Source: Schmidtea nova (Eukaryota). From it: DNA of 64,000 nucleotides. A program made the translations under genes and the position numbers. The stretch covers positions 25,730,001-25,794,000 of the forward strand of contig CM097882.1 in NCBI GenBank assembly GCA_044892505.1. The letters run 5' to 3'. This document shows positions 1 through 8,600 of the stretch, one piece after another (within the stretch, counting starts at the first letter, position 1; every line of letters begins with the position of its first letter). Below the pieces are notes generated by a model. That model saw only the letters and a list, made by a program, of their open reading frames with translations, was not told the origin of the DNA and did no database searches.

Positions 1-119
1 GCTTTTCAGAAATGTCCTGAATTTTTTACATTTATTACTTATTCTACTCATCATTATTTTAAAGACCTAGTAATTGTAAAAAAATTGAAATATTCACCGG
101 AATACCCTTCTACTGAAGT

Positions 120-828
120 TCAAAAGAACATAATAAACAAGCCTTGTAAAATCATCAATTTTACGGCCAAATAATAATTTTTATTCTTAGCAACCAATTT
201 GTCCTTCATAACAGCATCAATGTCAATCATCAAATGAAAGGCCAAATAAGCAACCAATAGGCCTCCAAATGTTTCATTTATTTGCCAATAAGTGAGCAAC
301 TCGAGCTTGTTACCATCAGGCTGCGGCCTGCAATGAACACTACGAAAAAGAATAGAGAAAGGCTCTGAGATTTGTTCTGCTATTGATTTGAGACCAAGAA
401 AACCAGCACGCTTCAGGGATTTGTATAACGCTGTTGAGTTGTTTATTTGCATCATGAATAAATGGTATCACACCAGGCACAGTGAAACATTTTACGCAGT
501 CATAATCTCCTTTTATCACTTTTGCGCTGCACATCTTTGTAAATGTGATCAATGATTTAGCTAAATCCGTCCTCAAAGACACTTCTGAATCGTTGTAAAT
601 TGATATTAGAATAGTCAATAATGATGATGAAATGTTGCTGCTGTTTTCTGAATATCGTTGGCTCTGAATATACATCATGGCTTTTTGAAACGTTTCAAAA
701 TTATCATCAGGTTCAGGTGATTCTGTATAATCGGGAAGAGGCCATTCATCAAATTCTATATAATCTTCATTTAGAACTGCACTGTTCATTAGTAAAAATT
801 TGTATCTCAAATTTCCAGCCAAAATCAT
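120..828 (-). CDS. Unidentified host-like coding region in two overlapping ORFs (340-828 and 120-455); frameshifted or spliced
   Basis: Two overlapping minus-strand ORFs with ordinary amino-acid composition and higher GC than the flanks; no recognisable motif. Confidence 0.3.
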
Positions 829-1005
829 AAATCCATTGAATTATTCAAAATCATCAAAATCGAAAAATAAATTGTTCTCATAAATCCACAAATCAATTAA
901 TATTCATAATAATTCCAAAATCCATTAATCCGATCATACATTTAAAAAAAAAACCCAATCCCAAAACTCCAAAATCACACGATAAAACAAAAACTCCAAA
1001 TCCAA

Positions 1006-1093
1006 GCGCACACAGACGCTGATAGCAGAAATATACAAACTACACGCACACAGACGCGATATAAAATAAATATTTAGCTACGCACACAGACGC
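1006..1093. promoter_or_regulatory. Three copies of the motif CGCACACAGACGC upstream of the left host-like gene
   Basis: Exact 13-mer at 1007-1019, 1045-1057 and 1081-1093; reverse complement at about 63962-63974 upstream of FKBP6. Confidence 0.45.
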
Positions 1094-1113
1094 AGTACAA
1101 ATTAATAATTAAC

Positions 1114-1384
1114 GTGTTGTGTCGGACCAATTGATGACGGAATTCTTTTTTCCTGTGTTCAGTGCTGAAAGAGGTGCTGTTATGTGAGATGCGTTTTTAA
1201 TGAATCTATGGCAGAAGTTGACGATGCCTAAAAAGCTACGTAGTTGTGTCACGGTGGTTGGCAGGGAAAAGCTGCGGATTACGTCAAGTCTTTCGGGGAA
1301 AGGTTCACAACCAGTAGATGAAAGTATATGGCCAAGGAATCTGACGCGTTCTTGAAACAAGCTACATTTGTTTATGTTTATCTG
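1114..1384 (-). pseudogene. 3' part of the RT / RT-RNase H connection of Gypsy element A, truncated at about 1114
   Basis: KCSLFQERVRFLGHILS...LRSFLGIVNFCHRFIKNASHITAPL. Removing element B and one TSD copy restores the in-frame read RHNLQININKCSLF with 14291 onward. Confidence 0.9.
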
Positions 1385-2427
1385 TGTTAGAAGATGGGCG
1401 TAGAATAAAGGTTTTAAAATTAAAACATTATACAGTAGGAAATGGAAGATACAGGATAAATATACATGTGGATCAGATGGCAATGACAATTCAATAATCA
1501 ATGGAAAATATCAAATTCAACGACATTATATGATGATATTTTACTGTTGATCTCATTTGACTTTTCTTTTATTATATGATGACTATCTGGCAATTTTTAT
1601 TTTTATGGGATAATTTTATTTTGTTTCTGTTAATAAAATTTGTTGACAATTAATTTTTGTAATGACAATTTATCAGCATGACAATTTATAATTTGACAAT
1701 TTATCATTTGTGATATTGCGAACATTTATTGGCATTTTTATGGTGATGGACAAAATTTTATATAATTTTGAAAAAATATTTTGTGTTGAAAATATTTTAT
1801 GTAAATTAATTTTTTAACTATTTGGAAAATGGATTATATTTTCATTTATATTTTAATATTTTAATTCAATAAATAATAATAATAATAAAATAAATAAATA
1901 AATAGTACAGGTTGTTTAAATAAATTAAAAAAATAAATAAATTACTGTTTGTTTAAATAAATTATATTTCTGACCTACAAGGTCAGGAAAATGAAATAAT
2001 ATCTCAAGGTTAAAAAATAATTTTGAAAACAATTCTGTTTTGAAAACAACTCTATTTTCAAAAACAATTTCAATCAACTCAAGAGGCAAAATAACAATCA
2101 TTATTGACAGATTAAGTGCCTTAAAATTTAGTATATAAACTGACTGATTTTTCAGTTAAATGACCCATAAAATCTTTGCGTAAGAAGAATTTCATAGTTG
2201 TTATCGACTATTGAAATAATAATTTCGAGCATACAAGATATCGAGCTCAGAAGGCATTCACACATACACACGCATACATATATATTTACACATTATAGGA
2301 ATAACATTGTGAATCTGTAATATTTTTTAGGTAATTTGTATTTGTTGTATTTGAATAAAATCTTTGAACCAGTATTATCTTATTTATTTATATAAGATAC
2401 CAAGTTGAGATTCTGGGAACCTCAACA
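1385..2427 (+). repeat. 5' LTR of element B
   Basis: Starts TGTTAGAAG, ends CCTCAACA; matched 13248-14290 wherever compared by eye. Confidence 0.97.
2132..2359 (+). promoter_or_regulatory. Putative LTR promoter and processing signals: TATATAAA (2132), Inr-like TCAGTT (2152), splice-donor-like AG|GTAATT (2331), AATAAA (2354)
   Basis: Motifs in this order, with counterparts in the diverged solo LTRs near 18.5-18.9, 21.6-22.0 and 28.6-28.9 kb. TATA-Inr spacing is shorter than canonical. Confidence 0.5.
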
Positions 2428-2429
2428 TT

Positions 2430-2447
2430 TGGTGCCGCGAACCGGGA
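2430..2447 (+). promoter_or_regulatory. Primer-binding site, tRNA-Phe-like
   Basis: TGGTGCCGCGAACCGGGA 2 nt after the 5' LTR; complementary to a tRNA 3' end ...UCCCGGUUCGCGGCACCA. The tRNA identity (Phe) is inferred. Confidence 0.7.
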
Positions 2448-2628
2448 ATAAATTAAAGTGAATAAATCAATTTGGGGGATAGGAATTGAGATCAGAGGGA
2501 TATTATATATTGGGATTATTTATAAATATAAAAAATTATTGGACATTAAATTTTTGAGATAATAGTGAAGTAACATTGATAATCAACCCGAAATAATTTA
2601 TAATTTGAGAAACCGAATAGTATATAGA

Positions 2629-5600
2629 ATGGCGCAAAATAATGAAAATAATGATAATATAAGACATATTTGGCAAAATAGAGATGAGGATAATAATAAC
2701 CGTAACATTTTGATAAAAACATTACCCATAGAGCATTATAGGGGTGAACCTGAAAAATTTGATGATTTTTTCGATGAAATTGCTCAGTGTGCAGAAGCTT
2801 GTGGATGGACAAGAGATGAATTAAAAAGAAGAATACCGTTATATTTAAAGGGGTATGCATTACAAGCATATAATAATTTAGAGTGTAAGGGTAGAAATTG
2901 GGAAGATTTAGTTGATAATTTGAGAGGTGAAATAGTAATCGAGCGAGATTTACAAAAGATAAATGTACAAATATTTCGAAATAGATATCAAGGGAGCAGA
3001 GAAACAATTGGAGAGTATGTTTATAATTTAACTGAATTAGCTCGAAAGGCCTTCGGTGTGGGAGAACATACTACAAGACTAATTGAGGATCAATTTTGGA
3101 ATGGTATCCAAAAACATCTATACAAATCTTTGATCATGGTAGAATATGAGAATTTAAATGAGTTAGTACAAAAGGCACGAAGAATTGAAGCAATACAGAG
3201 GGATAGATTTAGTTCTGTGATTGATGCAGTAGAAATTCAGGAAATTGAAAAAGAAAAAACCAAGTCAAACGATAAAGATGATAACATTCCTTGGGAGGAG
3301 ATGAAGCAGCTATATTTGAATTATGTTAAAAATAGGAGAAAGACTAGTCCAAGTCCGAGTCGTAGTTTTGACAACAATAATAGATTTAATAGTCCGAGAG
3401 GCAGATCGAATAATCGAAATAATGATCATTTGGAATTTAATGATAAAAATACTTATGTGGGGAATTATAGAGATAATTATTATAATCGAGATAGTAGGGG
3501 TCGAGGAAACTATAATAGAGATGGTCGTTTTAGAAATAGTGGGTACAATAGAAATAATCGTTTTAACGATAATCCAAGCAACAGGAGTAATTATTTCGAA
3601 TATACCCGAACAAATCGATTTACCGAAAATAGAAATAGTGATAATAGAAACAATTTCGAAATAAATAGAAACAATTATAGAGGACGGAGAATGAGTCCCA
3701 CTCGACAAACTTTTGATAGAGATAGACGATCGAGTCCGTTTAGTAACGATGGGAGAGATAAAGTTAATTTTCGCGGAGAAATAAGATGCTTCAACTGTCA
3801 GAAATATGGCCATATGGCAAAAGCATGTAAAAATGCACGAGTCGAATCTCCAAATAGAGTTCAATTTAAGAAAGAGCCTGAAATTAAACAAATAAATAGT
3901 ATGGAGGTTAAAGAGTCGAATAATGAAATTGAGATGCTGAGAGATGAATTACAAGAATTTAAAACAAAATATGAGAGATTAATCGAAAGAAATAAAATTA
4001 ATGTTTCGATAAACGAATTTAAAACTTTCACCAATGAAGTTAAGATAGATAATGAAGAGTTGAGACAGCAAAGAGAAAGAGATGAACAGTTTTTTGCAGA
4101 ATTAGATAGACAGAATACTTTGAGACAGGAATTAGAGGAATCCTTGAGAAATTATCTAGTTGATGATAATGAAGTTTTGAGAATATTAAATAAAATTCAT
4201 GTGGAAGGAATAAATCTGGAGAATCTGAGAAATTTGATACCATCATTAGTAAAGAAACAAAGAGTAACCCAATTATTTGAATTGGAAATTGAAATTAAAG
4301 AGATGTTGAAATGTTATAGCGATTATGTTCGAAAAAACGAAAGATTACAGGAGCCACTAGAAATTACATTAGAAACAAGTGATAAAGATACACCTAGAAT
4401 AATTGTCCATAAACAAGGGGTACATGCGTGTACAAAGGTAAAAAAGATGAAACAAATAGCCAGAGCAAATTGGTATGCCGATCTAGGAATAAATGATGAG
4501 ATAATATTGCATTTTTCTGGGATGAAGATGCAAAACGAAGATTGTTTAATGGATTATGGGATAAACGCCAGTGAAAATAACGTCATAACAGTTTCAATAA
4601 AAAGTGGTTTAGGAGTAGCCAACAAGAAAATTTCAAAACTAAGCCCAGACAAAGAAGATAAGGAAGAGACCGCGAGAGGAGCTATAGGAGGTATAATGAC
4701 CTTTACGTTGGAGGAAAAAAGACTCCCAAAATTAAAGAATAATAACATTGCTGAAAAACTGAAAGAAATTGCAAACAAAACGTCAACGAAAGATAAGGAC
4801 GTTGATGTACTAGTAGAGTTAATAAAAATCATGTATCCTAAAGTATATGAACACACAGGATCTCCATCATTTATTATTAATATATATAAAAAAATTGAAG
4901 TTATAGAGTCAGAGATTAAAGGATTAACAAAGCAAGAAGCGGATGAAGGCGAAGTTTTAGATATTTTATTTACTACTGGAATTGATGAAAATAGAATTAT
5001 AACAGCAATTGCGTATCTTATTTATAGATCAGAGGATGTTCTGAAGATGAAACCAAAGAAATTAAGTAAAATTGCTAAAAGGATATTTACAAGGTTACAA
5101 AATAATGTGATACCTTGGATACATGCAAATGGAGGATGGGAAATCTTAAGAGGAAAAGATGAATCAATGGAGATAAGCGCAGAACAACAATGTACTAATG
5201 ACAAAGAAATTGAAAGAAAATTGAAGAAAATAATAGATAAAACGACGAAGAAATCAGGGAAAAGTGATCATAAATCATTTATATCCACAATAATAGTGAT
5301 GATAGCAATATTATTAAGTATATTAAAAGGGTGTACGGGCATGATAGCATACGACTGTCAGAACCCGAAATGGGGACAAAAATATTCACTATTAGATATA
5401 GAAAACTGTCCAGAAGCGAACCCGATTAACTTAATTACAACCGAACCTAGATTATATCATGTGTATCAGGAATCAGATTTTATACATACCGAAGCGAGAG
5501 AATGTATAATAAGATATTCAGAAGAGGCTTTTGTATGTCACAGCATAGCGCGGACAATCTTAAGGCCCTCATTTACACCGGATACTATTACGATAACTCC

Positions 5601-8600
5601 ACAAGAATGTGAACATGCATTTCAATCAAAAAAGATAAAAATACATGAAATTGAATTAAAAGCACAGATAGGTGCACGTGTAAAACAACGAGTTGATGTA
5701 GTTGGATGGTCTTCACATGGTGGATATTGTCAAGGTGGAGAATACAAGATATGGGGACATACTATAAAAAATGCCGTTGTGAGAAGAGAATATATTGTTG
5801 AACTTAGACAATTTAAGGCATCTTTCGATAGCGTAACACAAAAGATGATGACATACCCATTCTGTACATCAAAAGAAATAAGCTGTGATACCGGAGAATC
5901 AATTGTAATATATAAAGTCGATTCGTATGAATGTCCTTTGACCAAATTAAAATCACTAAAATTCATGACTATAAGAGGCAAACAATTTACAAACTCAGAG
6001 TCAACAAAAATAAAAGATAGAAAAAGAAAGACAATAGTAGTTCAAGAAAAAGATACACCAACGATATACATGACAGAATCTTCAGGAGAAGCAATGAGAT
6101 TTGTAAGCAAAGGAGAAAGTGTAAAGTGTGGGAGATCAATAATACAGACCAATTATAAGGGTATATATCTAAGCAAAGATGAAATAAAAGATGCAAAACT
6201 AAAAGTCAATAAATACGATGTCAAACTTTCATCCTACTTTAATAATAAGATAGATTACTTTTACCATCACCAACTAATGCAACTAGATAGAGTATACCAA
6301 GAAACTATTATAAATGATTGTAAGCTTAATCGAGAAATCTTAAGAACAAAGATGGCACTAGCTATCACAAACCCAGACTTAATGGCCCCAATGCTTTTTT
6401 CAGAAAGAGGCGCTTTTGCAAGAGTTGTAGGGGAAGTCATACAAACATTTCAATGTAAACCAGTCAGTGTAGCACTAGCCACAAACAAACAATGTACAAA
6501 CGAATTACCTGTCATATATAAAGGAGAAAGAGTTTACCTACAACCAATTACACGAATACTAACAGACAAAAACTATACACCAAAGAAGATTGATAAATGT
6601 ACAAATTTATTGGATCCTTTATATCAACTAGATGATGAAACATGGATAACAATGTCAGATAAGAAGGTAGCAATAACACCTTTGAAACTTGAAATGACAG
6701 AATTAGATAAAAAACTCGAATTCTTCGAAGTAAATGATTTTGATAGCAATGGGTTATATTCAAAAGAAGCTATAGAAAGCGCAAGAAAACACTTATTATT
6801 CCCCAATGAAAAAGAAAAGGTATTAACAGTTATCGCCAGTAAAATAATAGAGAACAGCCATGATGGAAAATATAACTTTGATATACTTCTATCAAAAGAA
6901 CACTTTAAAAAGGTAGTTTACAAAGTTTTATATAGTATTTGGGGATATTTTGCAATCTTAGGTAACACATTCTCAACTATACTTGGCATTTACTATTCAG
7001 TTGCATTACTGAAAATGATATGTTCATCATTAGTATCACTTAGACAATTAAGGCAGGTATTTGGTAATTCATTCAAAATGTTGGCTTGTTTATGTCCATT
7101 TGTTGCGAAATACTTGATAACAGCAAAACATGATAAAGATATTAAAAGGATAATTAGAAAAACGGAAGAAGACAGATTAATGGACGAAAATGTAAATGAA
7201 GAAAATAATCATACAAGTGAGTCTGAAAACATTGAACAACCACAAGGGGGACCATACATCATACATATGGAGCAATTGAAAAGTCTACAAAACGAGATTG
7301 AAGTCAAAATACCTGTGGAAAAACATAGTGGTAATATATTCACAAAAAAACCTAAAAGAATATATGGATGCTATGGAATAGAAGAAGGAGAAGAAGCAAA
7401 TGGAATGAGACCAAGAACTCAAATAAAGATAAATAATCAAACTATAAATGCGTTAGTAGACACAGGTGCAGCAGCATCATTAATAGAAAATGAGTTATTA
7501 ACTGAACAACAACGTCAAAGCATTAGACCGACAAATGATGAACTAGTATCCCTTTCTTCACACACAATACCTATCAGAGGAAATATCGAACTTACAGTTC
7601 ATTTCGAAAATCAAAGAATAAACCATGTGTTTAGGGTAGCAAATATATGCCAAAGAAAATGTATACTAGGTATAGACATCCTTAAAAAATTGAAAGGGTA
7701 TGTAATAGATCTATCAGATAATAAAATAAAAAGAAAGATAAATAAGACCCACCGAAGTGATATAAACATTTACGCAATGGAAGAATTTGAATTGGAATAC
7801 GAAAGTGATAATATTATACCTATAAAAGTAAATGTTCAAAGCGAAGATACATACGTTTTCGAACCAAATACTAACATCGCAAAAAATAACAATATTATGG
7901 TAGCAAATGAATGTGTAATGCCAAAGAAAGGTGTAATCCCAGTAAGAATTGCAAACTTTGAGAATAAAAAGGTTAAAATTCATAAAGGTACAAAGTTGGG
8001 ACAATTATCTAAATGTGATTTGAACAAACATGAAATAGGAGAATTATACATCATGGGAAATGACCTCGAAAAGAGCTTCGAACAAAATTCAAAAAATAAT
8101 ATTAAATTCTATGATAAAATTAAAATAACTAATAATTATTTGACCGCAACACAACTACAACAGTTACAAACCTTAATTGATGAGTATAATGATGTTTTTG
8201 CCAAACATGAATTTGACCTAGGAGATACTGATATTATAAAACATGTAATTGATACAGGAAATGCCAGACCATTAAAACAAAGACCTTATGTAACTCCTTA
8301 TAAACTTAGGGAAGAAATAAAAAGACAAATCAACGAATTAAAAGGAGCAGGAGTAATTAGACAAAGTTTTTCACAATGGGCATCACCTATAGTACCAGTT
8401 AGAAAGAAAGATGGTGAGATAAGGATGTGCATCGATTATAGAAAATTAAACGAAGTTACAGTTAAAGATTCATATCCGTTCCCTAAAGCACAAGAACAAT
8501 ATGATAAACTTAGAGGTGCTAAATATTTTACAGTTATAGACGCAAATAAGGGATATATGCAAATTCAAATAGAAGAAGGAGATATAGAAAAATCAGCATT

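Noticed and set aside
1109-1501. 130-aa ORF-track protein MIIELSLPSDPH...
   Set aside because: Chimera of antisense LTR sequence and the RT fragment of element A; the same N terminus recurs at 13152-13364.
2430-2447. tRNA gene
   Set aside because: Only an 18-nt complement (PBS); no cloverleaf. No tRNA or rRNA genes were recognised in the window.
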